In this document: piece by piece, positions 1-13,336 of the stretch | Numbering within the stretch: position 1 is the stretch's first letter | How the letters are laid out: the number at the start of each line of letters is the position of its first letter | DNA from: Lytechinus pictus | Taxonomy: Eukaryota | DNA length: 64,000 nucleotides | Assembly (NCBI RefSeq): GCF_037042905.1 | Contig: NC_087252.1 | Location: 2,544,001-2,608,000, forward strand | Direction: 5' to 3' | Program-made: the position numbers and the translations under genes | The notes under the pieces: model-generated | Told to the model about the DNA's origin: nothing | Seen by the model: the letters and a program-made list of their open reading frames with translations, nothing else | Databases searched by the model: none

Positions 1-1817
1 CCATGGTAACAGTGTATTATGGCAAAAATAAGGTAAAAATCTTGCAGTTAGAACTACTTCCTCTGTTTTTAACCGATTCTCATGAAATTTGGCACACACA
101 TTGGTCTTGAGGTGAAGATGTCTAAGACACATTTTTGTGTGTCTTTCAGAAATCTTGTTGCCATGGTAACAACACATTATACGGTGAAAATTGGGAAAAA
201 ATTTACAATTCAAACTGCTTCATCAGTTTTCAATCAATTCTCATGAAATTTGGCATACACATTGGTATTGAAGTAAAGATGTACAAGGCACTTTTTGTGT
301 GTGTTTCAGAAATTGTGTTGCCATGGTAACAACATATCATATGGCAAAATTTAGGTTAAAAACTTGCAATTTGAACTACTTCATCAGTTTTGAACCAATT
401 CTCGTGAAATTTGGCTCACACATTGGCCTTGGGGTAAAGATGTGCAAGAACCTGTTTTTTTTTTTTTTTGCATTTGTCAGAGAGTGCATTGCCAGGGTAG
501 GCATATATGATTGCCAGAAATGCAGGAAAACTCATTGTGGATCAAACTACTTCCCCTGTTTTTAGTCGGTGCTCATAAAACTAAAAGTTGGAAGAAATAT
601 TCATCTTGGGGTAAAGATTCATATTAAATTCTAAATGTCTTCTCTGCATTAAAATGTTCACGCCAGAGTGTGGGGGTACTAATCACCTTCATTAATATTT
701 CTAGGTTTTAGGGGGAGGGGCGGGATTGGTCCTTAAAATCTGACATCGAAATAAAGAAGGTTAAAGGCGGTGGCCATTAGAAACATACACATGATAAACA
801 CTCTTAAAATATGCATCCCCTCAAGGGCATAGGCTGGAGGTACACTGGGTGAATGTGAAACCTTCCGCTGAGGCAGAGGAGTTCCAACACTGGCAAGCAA
901 AACAAAATGTGTACCCCTTCTACTTTCAACAGCTGATTTTCCAAACCTTAGTTCCACCTCCCCAAGATGTGCACCCTTCCCCATACCACTTTTAGTTCTA
1001 CCTCCCCAAGCTCAAACCAGTCTACCTACACCTTTGCCCCTCAGGTGTCTTTGCATTTTTAAAGCTAGACATTGCTCTTTTTTTTTTTTTTTTTTGGGGG
1101 GGGGGCTCTTTAGAAAATGACCTCATAAAAGTTAAAAGTTAAAGTTAAAGGATTATGACTAGGAACTTTTCACCCCCCCCCCGAAAAAATAGGGGGCTAT
1201 TTTTTGAGCAGAAAATGCCCCCCCCCCCCCTTAAAAGGTAAGAAGAGTCCTTTGCACTTCAGACCATTCATTTGAAGTTTAATGCATTCTCATTTGATAA
1301 AAAAATGTTTACGGTACCCAATTAACCATTGTTTATTTATATTCTCCTACTCAGTTTTTTATTCATATTCATATTCCATTTCTACTCTTTCTTTTTAACT
1401 TTCACATCACTCTTGATTTTGAGCTTCACCATACCATCTCCTTCTGTTTCCTCTCTCTCTCCAAGTATATTTTTTCTGACATATTTTAAAGTGTACCTTT
1501 AATCGTGCAACTAATTATAGAAATATAAATATATACAAAAATCTCTGCACTTGTTTTAGAAATTCACTTGCAAATCCATGACTCAATAACATACCATATC
1601 AAAAATATACTTATGTGCACAATATATTTTATCCTTATATGTTCTTTCATTTAAATTTTTCAGTATGTTTCTGTGATAGCCCCTGCTTTATACATCCTAC
1701 ATCTCCCATTGTCAAAAAATGAATATTATGTTTCAGTAGCAAAATTGTTGGATGCAAACTCTGACTGTCATAAAAACAAATGCAAATAATTTTCCATTGG
1801 AGTAAAGACAAACTTAT

Positions 1818-1937
1818 AAGGGATATGACTAGAATATAATTATTATCATATAATATATATTATATAATTATAATTATATAATTATGTAGAGAAACTTTTA
1901 TTTCTCCACATATAATTATATTCTAGTCATATCCCTT
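1818..1937. repeat. Short hairpin or mini-MITE
   Basis: aagggatatgactagaatataat ... attatattctagtcatatccctt form a 23-bp inverted pair around an AT-rich spacer. Confidence 0.7.
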
Positions 1938-2024
1938 TCAGATGGTGGTAACTGCAGGAATAGGAAAACTCAGTGATATAATATAAAACTAACATTTTCA
2001 CAGAGGATTTTCGGAAAATAAGTA

Positions 2025-3711
2025 GGGGAGACCGGGGTTAGTTGGAACATGGGGTAAGTTGAAACATTGTAATTTTCTTTAACGTCTTTAAATAAATTTC
2101 TGCAATACTGCCCTCAAGTTATTGTCATTATCAACAGCCATCCACCATATTACAGACAACACATGTGCAACAAGCCTGGTGAAGTTAGAAACAAATTTTT
2201 GTTTTTTGACCTTCTGAGTAAATTTTTTCTCGTTCAGAAATGTTTGATTATCTCAGAGAAGTTTATAGATCAAGTTGGCCAGTTTGGGGGTATAATAGAC
2301 ACTTATACCAAGCTACAAAATGAGGTTATTATTATGCCATGGTGAAGTCCCTTTTTTGTGCTGTAAGCTTATAAACGTCAAATGGGCCTCCGGGGTTAGG
2401 TGGAACAAAATTGAAGGGGCTAGTTGGAACATGTTCCAACTTACCCCAAACACAATTATGAATGAAAACATTGGATATGAGAAAAAAAAACAAAGTATTT
2501 CACACTTTTCTGAACATGTATTGTATACCATGCTTGTTTTGTTTATCAGTTACATGTAGGTCTGAGTGTGCATTTAAGGCCTATTGTAGGCACCTAATGC
2601 AAATGTTAACCCTTATCAAAATGGGGGGGGGGGGGTCAATTTGAGCCCCCCTCAAGAAATTTCGTCACTACGCCGTCGCACGAAATTTTTTGACTACACT
2701 GCTAGCTGACTTTTAACTTTCAAGTCTTGCGCATCATTTGAGACCAAATTTGCGATGCCTGTGTGCGCGGTTTCAAAATTACGCAACAAATTGTATGTGC
2801 ATGTTCGGACCCAAAATTGTTCAAAAACGTGATTCCATGTACAAGGTCAATGCAAATTGTGTTTTTCAACCAAAAGTCATAAATGTATGATTATTTTTTT
2901 TTACTTTTGCTGGTTCAATTAGATTCATTTTATGCTATTTATGATCGCAAAAGACTCCTGACAAAGTCCATCGGAAAAAACAAAGTTCGAAAAAACAAAA
3001 ATACAAATAAAAAACAAAAAATACATAAGAAATTATATTTTTTGGTGGATATTTGTTATAAATGTGAAAATTGATACTCTCACCAAAAATTAGCATTCTA
3101 CTAGCTTAATAAATAGAGTTAAAGGCAAAAACATACCAAAAAAAAATAAGGATAATTTTATATGCTTATTTGCATAATTAATTATAAAAAAAATATAAAC
3201 AATCAATTTTTGTCTTAAAATTTGATGCAGAAGTACATGAAATTGCTGACAGTACACTTAATTGCATGTAAACTCAAACGCACCCAAATATGCAGAATTC
3301 TACTACACAGTCTGCTTGCGTGAGTGGCTGTATAATAGAAAACATAAAGTTCAACGAATCCACAATTTAATATTTTGAACTTGAATAAGATAAAGCAAAT
3401 AGGCTAAAACCATGTAATATTACAGTTCTAAGTAGTTTTAGTATAATTCTTAATTGACCATGCAGTGTTCCAACTTACCCCATACCATGTTCCAACTTAC
3501 CCCGATATGGGGGTATGTTGGAACGTTTGCGATGGTCTTGTTCAAGGTGGATTTTTTCAGTAACCATAATAGAGTTATAAATTTTATTGGGTACATTTGA
3601 AGCCCTGAGATATATGCTTCAAGCTGATATATTGATTGTTTCTCGAATAAAATCTATTTGGATTTTACAGCCATTTTTGTCAAAAATGTTCCAACTAACC
3701 CCGGTCTCCCC
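2025..3711. mobile_element. Non-autonomous TIR DNA transposon flanked by TA (Tc1/mariner/pogo-like)
   Basis: TA|ggggagaccggggttagttggaacat ... atgttccaactaaccccggtctcccc|TA, with subterminal repeats of ggggt(a/t)agttggaaca. No transposase ORF. Confidence 0.85.
2606..3230. mobile_element. Probable piggyBac-like non-autonomous fragment nested inside the 2025-3711 element
   Basis: Begins TTAA|CCCTT, then a poly-G and gtcaatttgagcccccc palindrome. The right end is unclear. Confidence 0.4.
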
Positions 3712-4319
3712 TACATCCATTTTTGTCAAGCAACAGTTATTCCATTCTGAATGCTGCAACCTTGTTAATATGAATTTGATGTACCTTTACCAAAATATAA
3801 TATCATGACAGTCATCTCTTCAATTCTTTAAACTAGAAATTAAATATTGCTAATAGTATCGACAGAGTGTAGCCAAAATGGAGTTTAAAAGATTATGAAG
3901 AAAAAAAAATAAATGTCATTATTTCGGTGTAGGTGTAAGCATTCAAAATGGAATAATTGTTGCTAGATAATAATGAATTAAAATAGCAAAGAAAAATGTA
4001 CTTAGAAATGGAGACAAGGAGGGGGGGAAGAGAGGAAACAAAACAAGAAGGTATGGTAAAGCTCAAAAGTGCAAAGAGTGATGAAAGACAGTCAGAGTAG
4101 GAACTGAAATGAACAAAGACTGAGTAAAGATAAATAAAACATTGATTAATTGGACACCAGAAACATTTTTTTTTAAAGCAGAATGTTTTAGGCTTTAAAT
4201 TAATACGCTCAAGTGTAAAGGATTCCCCCCTTTTTTTTTTTGGGGGGGGGTTAAGTTCCTAGTCGTAATAATTTCCGTTTACTCTTTATGCGGCAATTTT
4301 CTAAAGCCCCCCCCCCCCC

Positions 4320-4350
<31 letters not shown>

Positions 4351-4520
4351 AAGGGGTGTTTTTTTAAGAGTGTTTAAGTTCCTAATGGTCATGGCCTTTA
4401 ACATTCTATATTTTTATGTTGTCAGTTTTTAAGGACCTTCTCCGCCCCCCCCCAAAAAAAAAAGAACCTATAAATATTATTGAAGGTAATTAATACCCTG
4501 CGCTATTATATGACGTTATA

Positions 4521-4860
4521 AAGGGGAATCCAACCCAAATAAACACTTGTTTTAGAGGAAAATGAAAAATCAGACAAGTTTATAGGTAAAAGTTTGAACA
4601 ATATCGGACAAACCATAAGAAAGTTGTGAATATATAAAAGTTGTAAACATTGGAAAAGTTGTCCTTGCGGCCTCACCCCTTGACATAATTTACTTACCCA
4701 GTTACCAATTTGAATTCTACATACTAGTAGCCTTAGGAATCTTAATTTTAAAGCAGCCATAACTTTATTTTGCTTGTCCGATTTCTTTCAAACTTTAACC
4801 ATTCTTATTTTTCTCCTTTTCCATGTACACAACATTATGACCAAGGCTGGATTCCCTTTT
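4521..4860. mobile_element. Kolobok-like MITE inserted in the right foldback arm
   Basis: aaggggaatcca ... tggattcccttt termini. The segment has no counterpart in the left arm. Confidence 0.65.
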
Positions 4861-6657
4861 ACCACTGAATATGAATCTTTACACAAAATGAATATTTGTG
4901 TCAACTTTTATGAGCACAGGCTGAAAACTGAGAAGTAGATTGATCCATAATGAGTTTTCCCCATATTTCTGGCTATATGTGGTTACCAAGGCAATGCACT
5001 CTCTGACAAATGCAAAAAAAAAAAAAAGGTTCTTGCACATCTTTACCTCAAGGCCAATGTGTGAGCCATAATTATTTCATGAGAATTGGTCCAAAACAAA
5101 AACAAAATTGATAAAGTAGTTCAAATGCAAGGTTTTTACCTAAATTTTGCCATATGATATGTTGTTCCCATGGCAACACAATTTCTGAAACACACACAAA
5201 AAGTGCCTTGTACATCTTTACTTCAATACCAATGTGTGTGCCAAATTTCATGAGAATTGATAGAAAACTGATGAAGCAGTTTGATTTGTAAATTTTTTTC
5301 CCAATTTTCACCAAATTATATGTTGTTACCATGGCAACAAGATTTCTGAAAGACACACAAATATGTGTCTTAGACATCTTCACCTCAAGACCAATGTGTG
5401 CGCCAAATTTCATGAGAATCGGATGAAAACAGAAGAAGTAGTTCTAACTGCAAGATTTTCACCTTATTTTTGCCATAATACACTGTTACCATGGTAACAC
5501 AATTTCCAACACATGCACAAAATATGTATTGCACATCTTTACCCCAAGACCAAAATATGTACATACACACCAACATTCAACCCCCTCCACCGCCACCCTT
5601 GGGCTTGGTTAGCATCTGCATTCAGATATTTGGTGCATTGAGATGCGAGGACAAACAGAAGATCTGTTCAAAAAAGGTCTGAATTCAAGAACTAATCCAA
5701 TGCAAAATAATGCACTGCTATTGAGTTTTGCACTACCGCTAGTCTATATATCAGACCAATCTAAACTCATAAATTCTGACATTTTCACCCATTTTTTCTA
5801 TGTTCCTGCAGCCAGATTTTTTGGAGCATACCCCATTTTTAATTCTTATACATAAACAAAGGTCTGGAGAAAAAATCATGCTTTTGTCCACCGTGTCCAC
5901 AAGTAGGGCATTTTTGACGCTAACAGACCGGACTAATACCAGTAAGGCTGAGATTGATGGTAATAACCATGATGATAGTGCTGATTATGATCGCAACAGC
6001 TTCACAGATCTTATTTGCATGTGATTTTTACTTTGCGTTCATCTTATCAGATAAATAGGTTGTAGATTGCAAGAACCCTCTTTTCTATCTCTCCCATTTA
6101 CTGTTTGATTGAGTAGTCACCCAAAGTGAAATCCCTCCAAGCACTGTCCATACACTCTATCAATCATAGAACTTTTTCCTATTCAGTCCCCCATGAGCAT
6201 ATAGTCATTCCTACACATTTAGTTCAAATACAACAGCGCCCCCATGAGTTCGTTATAATACACCTAGTCTCTCATTAGCGGAAGGGAAACCCCCATTCCA
6301 GTCTCATCTTTCAGGCGAGGAAGTCGGACACTAATCTCATTGCCGCTAATGGGATAGTTCCTACCGCCGAACCAACCTGCTTACCGTGCCCCTTATGGAG
6401 TAACGAGGGAGCCCTAATGAGAATTACGTAAATAAAGCCGCATGACAGTGATAAGCTCCTGTTTGTTTGTGTTTGTCCGTGCGTGCAGAATGTTGCGTGC
6501 AAATAAAAACTCTACTCTTGTTAACACATGGAAATACCAAATGTTTGAATCATCCAAAAAGGATGCACATTGGAAGGGCCTTTGAGATTATTTGTATGTC
6601 AGCAAAGATTGCTAAAAACTGTTGAACACCAAACAGGGTAGCAGCAACTCCTATCTT

Positions 6658-6744
6658 TTAACGTCTTTTGGTCTGATGCGGCCGGGTTTGAACCCCGACC
6701 TCCCGGTTGTGAGACGGACGCTCTACACACTGAGCCAACACACC
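6658..6744 (-). mobile_element. tRNA-derived SINE head fragment
   Basis: The minus strand reads ggtgtgttggctcagtgtgtagagcgtccgtctcacaaccgggaggtcggggttcaaacccggccg, with A-box and B-box-like motifs but no proper acceptor stem. Confidence 0.6.
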
Positions 6745-6767
6745 AGTACAGTATATAAAATAGAATG

Positions 6768-7010
6768 CAAGGCCCCACACTAGCTTTTTTTCTTCGTGGC
6801 CTGAACGGTCCACCAAAATAATAAATTTTACATTCATGGTGGCCCGCAAGGCCAATTTGGTGGCCCTAAAACAGTAGAAAACATTACAATTTATCAAAAC
6901 TTTGGGAGCCCAACTGGACCATCAGGTGTGGGCTTTTGCAGAATTTTGGTGGCCCGACTCTCATTTTTGGTTGCCCTGGGCCACCGGGCCTCTGCTAGTG
7001 TCGAGCCCTG
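6768..7010. mobile_element. hAT-like MITE
   Basis: Imperfect TIRs caaggccccacactagc / gctagtgtcgagccctg and internal ggtggccc repeats. No clean TSD. Confidence 0.55.
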
Positions 7011-10000
7011 TATAATGTACATGTACTTTGTTTCAATGAATCAGCCGTTGCATGATACTACACAATTATTGTATAAATGTTGTATTTCTTGTTTTCTGGA
7101 ATATTTGTAGTTGCCTGAATGCATGCCAGAATTATTTCGTTCGTTCGGAAAGAGAAAAATAATGTAATTCATTCTTAAATCATCAGCTTCTTATCTTTTG
7201 GAACCATGCTAATGCAATCAAGTAAATCTTCCACTACCAATTAATCCTAAGAGATTTATAATTGAAAAAGTGGAAATGGGGCCAATTGCAGAAATAGATG
7301 CATTGATTCAATCACAGCTATTAAACTAACTGAATAAATATAAGTCCAAATGTGTGATTCTAATTGGTTGGAAATCAAATTGTATTTGGTGCATGCTAGT
7401 TATCTGTAACTAGTGAAAAGCTGGAAGCCACATTTTAGTAAACCATTTCATGATTCATTTCATTTGCATATGTTAGACATGTTTATTGTTTCATAGTGTA
7501 CATCAATTTGTATATTTTTGATGATCCTCTACATTATGCGTGTGATGCTAGGTATGATTTGAATCAGAAAGGATCAGTTAGGCATAAATTGAAGAAAAAA
7601 ACAACACCATATTGTGTTTAATGGAAATCTAAAATGTTTCATGTGATTCAGTCTCACGTTACACCATTGGGACAGCAGTATTCTCCATTGTAAGTATATG
7701 AAATATATTTTTTGATTATGGTAATAAATGATGAGGATAATATGAATACTATATAACAATCATGATAATGTAGTATTAAAATAATACTTTTCGATGTACA
7801 CACACTTAGGGGAAGCCCATTGAGCTAGCCTTGAAACACATATTACCTCAATACATGGACTACTAGAACAGTTTGGGAAATAGACTGGCACATGTAGATA
7901 GACATTTATTCAAGTAATCACAAAAACAAAACAAGGTACATTCAAAGTTATCATGGAAAATCTTAAATAATGCAGTAATGATCAAAATCTGGAAAACAAA
8001 AAAGTAGTTAATAATTGAGGAGGGAAGTACATGTAGAAAGGCAAAGCCTTATTAGTGCTGCCATCTTAACAAGAGGGAAGATAAGAAGAGATTCATTCAG
8101 TCAAGGGGGTCTAGATGGGGTATATTAGAGATAAAATACAAAACTGGTAAAAGAAGCAAGATTTTAGAAGCCATTTCACCCCGTTCCTCAACTTGATTGA
8201 GTCACTGTCTTCATTCTTCAACACCTCACATCTCTCATTTCCTACACTGATCCCACAGGGGGCCTGTTTCATTCTTATGACTTTCACTAACAAATTCACT
8301 CTCAGCCAATCAGATGCAAGGATTTCAGAAGCTTATAACAGTCCTCATTAACAAGATGGTTTGTGCAATGTTCACTATTCCTATTGCACTACTTATCTAC
8401 CAGATACACACACTAGGGGAAGAGGTTTACGACTTTGTATTGATTATCTTATTACCAATACACGTGTATCTGCGTACTGCCAGCGAGTTTAGTTTTAGAC
8501 CTTGAATTGGTATTTTATTTTTTATCCTACATGTATATACATGCATGTGCATCCTCCCTCAGACAATTGTGAAGAAAATTTAATTTCATGTCATTTCATT
8601 TTATTTATTTCCATATTCAATTAAAAACAAACATAATCATCAAATCACAAACAAGAATACCTGTATATACATATACATACAGAGGAAACATATAAAATGG
8701 AAAGAAAGTGAGAGAAGGCTATATTACATACATGTAAAAACTACATTACAAAAAATGCCTTAATTTTTACTTGCTAAATGGTACATGTATGTTTGACTTT
8801 AATTGAAGATGATCTGGAAAAATGTACTAGCAAAGCAGTGAAAATACATGTAACATCTTCAACTATTCTAAAAAATATAGGTTGGGATTTTTTAAGTTTT
8901 GCACCATCGCAAAGAAATAGATGTATCTTCTGCATGAAAGTTTATTTTCCAATTCTTGGAGCAAATTATTTTTAATTATTTAATTTCAGAAATAGAATAC
9001 ATAAGAAAGGTGGAAGCATAATGCCATCAATCTACACATAGCACTTGAACTATAAGTTAGATATTATGATTTTCTTGGCCGTGCTGTGCCAAATATAACT
9101 CAAGACATTTTTATCAGGAAATATTGTGTATAGTTTTAATGTAAACAGGATGTATATCTTTGAAAGAGAATTATGGGATTGCAAAGAAAGATGCACCCAA
9201 AATAAAGGCACACAGTAGTCAAAGTTTGTTCCTACAATGTTATTTTTAAACATCACTTCCACTTTTTATTTCAAGAATACTATAAAAACAGAAGTGGAAA
9301 TAATTTTTCAGAGACCAGTGAAATCTCTTGGCTTACTTTGCTGACTGGAAACACATCTTGTGTATGATGACCGAAAGAATAATGAGAAATTGAGACCGTG
9401 CTTATATAATATTTGGATGGAAAGTGCGCTATACAATTTTCTATGTAATTATTACTACATGAAATAATCTTGACAGGAATTGAGAAGTTTTGTGGTCATT
9501 AATACTTTAACATGTTCTCAAGTTTTGCTTTAGTTCAATTGCACACTGGAGATTTTCATCATTGTTTTGAAGAGTTGAAGGGGATATACTGTACTTACCT
9601 GAAATATAGATTACTAGACGTCAAACTCAATGAGGCTCCAAGCTCTTTTACAGAAGATGGGAATAATCCGAGAATATCATGCGATGGTGTCAGCCCTACA
9701 GCGCTGGTCAAAACTGAGTGAGGCCAGGCAAAATCATAAACTGATCATGTTTTAGAGCCCTAATGTGATATCCTGGTTTGGACTATTAATAATTAATACA
9801 GGCCTCTTTTTCTTAAAATATGCTATTGATGCTACATGTATAAGATTACTGATATCAAATTGGTCATAGAATATTCTACCGCTCTTTACTTGGTTTGGTC
9901 ACAATAAGTACCCAAATTGTGATTCAACATTTGCATCCTTTTTCTTTATAGAATTTGTGTTGTTTTATAGTATATTGTATATTATGTTATAATGATGAGG

Positions 10001-10084
10001 GGGGGGGGAGTAAGGAAAAGTAAATCATGCTCATTCGATATGTTGTGCTGCTGAATGGAAAATGGAATCATGTCTAAGCCCACT

Positions 10085-11290
10085 AATTGTAAATTTCCAC
10101 TTTGTCTTATGCCAATTCGTCCACTCACCACATGGTCTACTTTCATTTAGTCTAATGCCATTCTGTTCATCAACATTTCGTCTAACAACCATCTGGTCCA
10201 ATAAACATTTGGTCCAATCATCACTTTGTCTAATCACCAGTTCGTCTAAGACCAATTCATCTCATAACCAGTTGGTCTAATATCCATTTTATTTTCATTC
10301 ATTTTGTACAATTAACACTTGAATCCAATTAGACCAAATTGCTATTTGACCAACTGGTTATTAATAAGACAAAATGGTGACATAATGGTTAATCGCGTGC
10401 ATGAGTGTCCGAAAGTCCCCACACACAGCTTCAACACAGGGAACAGTCGTTTTCACGAGCGTAATATTGCAAAAATCCGGGTATATCTTTATAGCTATTA
10501 ATGATCTCACACCATATTGATAATAGTGTGAAAATTTTATCCAATTCCATTAATTTGATGTAAATATTATTACAATTAATTCACTATCTACTTCTCGCTG
10601 TTCATTTGTCCATGTTCACAACTCTTGATATGGCAAACGGTCCGAAACCACCCATATTTTCGAGACACTTGCATCTTTGTTTTCCCACTGAAATATCGTA
10701 AAGGTCAAAAAGGTCGAGATTGATTGTCATCTCAATGCTAAATAGATTACCTACATGTACATGTTGATGTATATTACTTCATGACTGGTATAATGGTTAC
10801 ATCTCATTTATCTCCCAAACTTTGAGATCGAGCAGGCAGAACATGGCATATTTCTGTGTACAAAGTCACGTGACTAACGTATGATAGTTTCCGTTCTTAG
10901 ACCCTTTCCATTTGGAACAATTAATACATTCCAAACAAAATTAACTATAACACATTTAATGTTGAAAGTAACAATGTTCTTGTACTATACAGCTTTGTCT
11001 ACAGATTTATAATATAGCTACAGTTTGAGAGGGCAAATAGTTAGTAGTATCCAGTTCGGAATCGATTTGATTTGCAATAGGGTCTGCGACGTCTGCGCAC
11101 ATATAGTATAACTAGCAGGCTGCATCGTCTGCTACGTAAACCTAATGAGCGATCATGACCAAAACTAACCATTATTTTGACGAATTGACAATTAGACCAT
11201 GTGGATAATGGACGAACTGATGGTAGACCAAATGATAGTAGACGAGTTGGCAATTGGACGAATAGGCGTTAGACGAATTGGAAATAAACC
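10085..11290. mobile_element. Degenerate TIR element whose arms are short tandem cca/tt(c/g)gtc(t/c)a repeats
   Basis: 10085-10360 carries ttcgtcta/ttggtcta repeats. 11180-11290 carries their reverse complements (tagacgaa/tagaccaa). Confidence 0.5.
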
Positions 11291-11314
11291 CCAATAGTCT
11301 TGTCTGATGCTTAA

Positions 11315-11943
11315 AGGAGAATGAAACTCTTGGAGCAAGTTAGCTTTTGTAAAAGCAGAAAAATCAAAGAATAAGATCAACAAAAGTTTGAGTAAAATAG
11401 GACTAGCAATAGAAGAGTTATGAACATTTGAATGTCGAGATCACTAATGCTATGGAGATCCTTCCATTGGCAATGCGACCAGGATCTATGATGTCACAGA
11501 TGAACAACTCTCCCCTTTTGGACACTGAAAATATACCCCAAAACATCTCTTTTTGCTCATAATTGTAATCATATGACAAACGATTCATCAATGATATAAT
11601 GTTGTGAAACCTCTGTACTTGTCCTTTCATAAAGAGAACACCTCACCTTGTGATAGACTCTTTAAAAGTGAGAATATAAGTGAAATAAGTACTAAAGTAA
11701 TGAGGGAGCTGTACGTACTGAACTGGAAATACGTATTTCCAGTTCAGTGGTTGTACGTGTGTGACATCACAGATCTTGGTCGCATTGCCAATGAGAGGAA
11801 CTACATGGCATTAGTGATCTCAATATTCAAATGCTCATAACTTTCTTATTATTCATTCAATCTTCCTCAAACTTTCAACAATATGTTTCTGTGATTTTTC
11901 TCTTTGATATGGATTCAGCTGGTTTCAAGGGTTTCATTCTCCT
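11315..11943. mobile_element. Kolobok-like MITE with TTAA TSD
   Basis: TTAA|aggagaatgaaac ... gtttcattctcct|TTAA with long internal inverted arms. The same family recurs at 63575 onward. Confidence 0.85.
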
Positions 11944-12886
11944 TTAATTGAATGCAGCCTTCTCCCTGAAGGCAAAAATTTCTACAAGTATTTTAAATTA
12001 ATATTGCCATGATTAGTAATCATTAGTGTCTTCCCTTTGATAGCTGCTTTTATATTAATCAAACTCTATGATATCAACAAAATATTTTTGATCTGAAATT
12101 TTGCAGTTATCATTATCCATATTATATAAAAGACAAAGGAAATCCATATTAAAATCAACACAGCACACACATTTTTTCCAAATTCCAAATATCTCTGTTC
12201 TTCCTCATAACTACACACATTATGCTAAAAAGAAAAAAAAAACAATCTCTCTGTGTGCTGCTTTTCAATTATGACTGACAATATGAACGTTGACACATCT
12301 ATTAGAAAATGGACGAGCTACAACAGGATATTGCTTAATTGTAAGGAACCACTTTGTTATATGTTCGAACACAGTTTCCTGGTATTCATTTGCTAACAGC
12401 ATGCAAATGGTTAGAAGCTGTTCAGTTTGGGTAAATTTAAAGAGGTACATGTTGTCTTTGGTGAAAACTTTTTAGCGTTTTTAATGGCAATATTTCTAGA
12501 CATATGTCATTAAGCCAGAGAAGCCCAAATTAGTCCACAAGTTCTTGTGCTTGATGAAAATGAATAAATTTATTTGTGCTCTACCAAGCTTGATATAGTC
12601 AAAAGAACAAATTTTGAATTAGTCTGAAGCATTTACTGTCCATATGAGATTGGAAATGAGAGAGTTTTTCATATTCTTTGAATTGCCTTGGACTGAAGTA
12701 GATTGCACAGTCCTTTGGATGTTATAACTAAGACAATTTAAAGAATGATGAGGATTTAGAAGAGCAAGAGAACAAAGGGAAAAGCAAGAGGAGGAAAATA
12801 AGGAGGAAGAGGAGAAGACAAAGGGGGAGACGGTGGCAATAAAAAAAATGAGGAGAAAGTGGGGGAGAAGAAGTAGAGGTATTTGA

Positions 12887-13336
12887 GAGGCCGTTCTCAT
12901 TACGCTTTCTAAAACTAGTTTACTGGACACCGATTCAGGAAACCAGTTTGAAAGATTTGCTTTGCTAGCGTTCCCACTTGATCACACGAAAGTGGTTTTC
13001 TAAATCACTTCACGTAAAGCGCTCTTGTTGCTATGGAAACGCTCTCAGTGGGGTGACACGTTTCGCGCGAAATTCGGAACCACAGCATAGGCATTCTACA
13101 CCTGTTGTGTGGAGTAGTGCGCTCAAAATGTGCGAAGATCGCTTCCTGAAGAACGGTTGTGTCCTCACTTACGCTAAAACCAGTTTAACGAGGCAAAACG
13201 ATCTTGAAAACTACATCGCTAGGTGGTTTTCCAAACTGGTTTGGAGGATCGCTTCCAAGACCTCTTCAACCGTTCTCACTACGCGTTAAAGTAGTTTCCA
13301 CTTAACTAGTTTTAGGAACGTAGTGAGAACAGCCTC
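12887..13336. mobile_element. PIF/Harbinger-like MITE
   Basis: TIR gaggccgttctcattacgctttctaaaactagtt / aactagttttaggaacgtagtgagaacagcctc; flanks tga and tta. Confidence 0.75.

Larger units (their letters stand above)
1..5570. mobile_element. Large foldback/inverted-repeat element. The left arm (1-~1480) starts before the window; the right arm is ~4000-5570. The outer arms are built of 160-bp tandem units.
   Basis: Bases 1-14 (ccatggtaacagtg) are the reverse complement of 5481-5494. Inverted similarity continues at ~620 vs ~4870, ~670-790 vs ~4380-4500 and ~1240-1470 vs ~4030-4230. Unit motif at 1, 161 and 321, and inverted at ~5164, 5325 and 5485. Confidence 0.8.

Noticed and set aside
1..500. 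Regularly spaced palindromic repeats superficially like a CRISPR array
   Set aside because: The whole 160-bp unit is repeated with no unique spacers, the context is eukaryotic and there are no cas genes.
12619..13289. Two 103-aa ORFs
   Set aside because: One derives from a GA-rich tract and the other lies inside a MITE with no transposase motifs.
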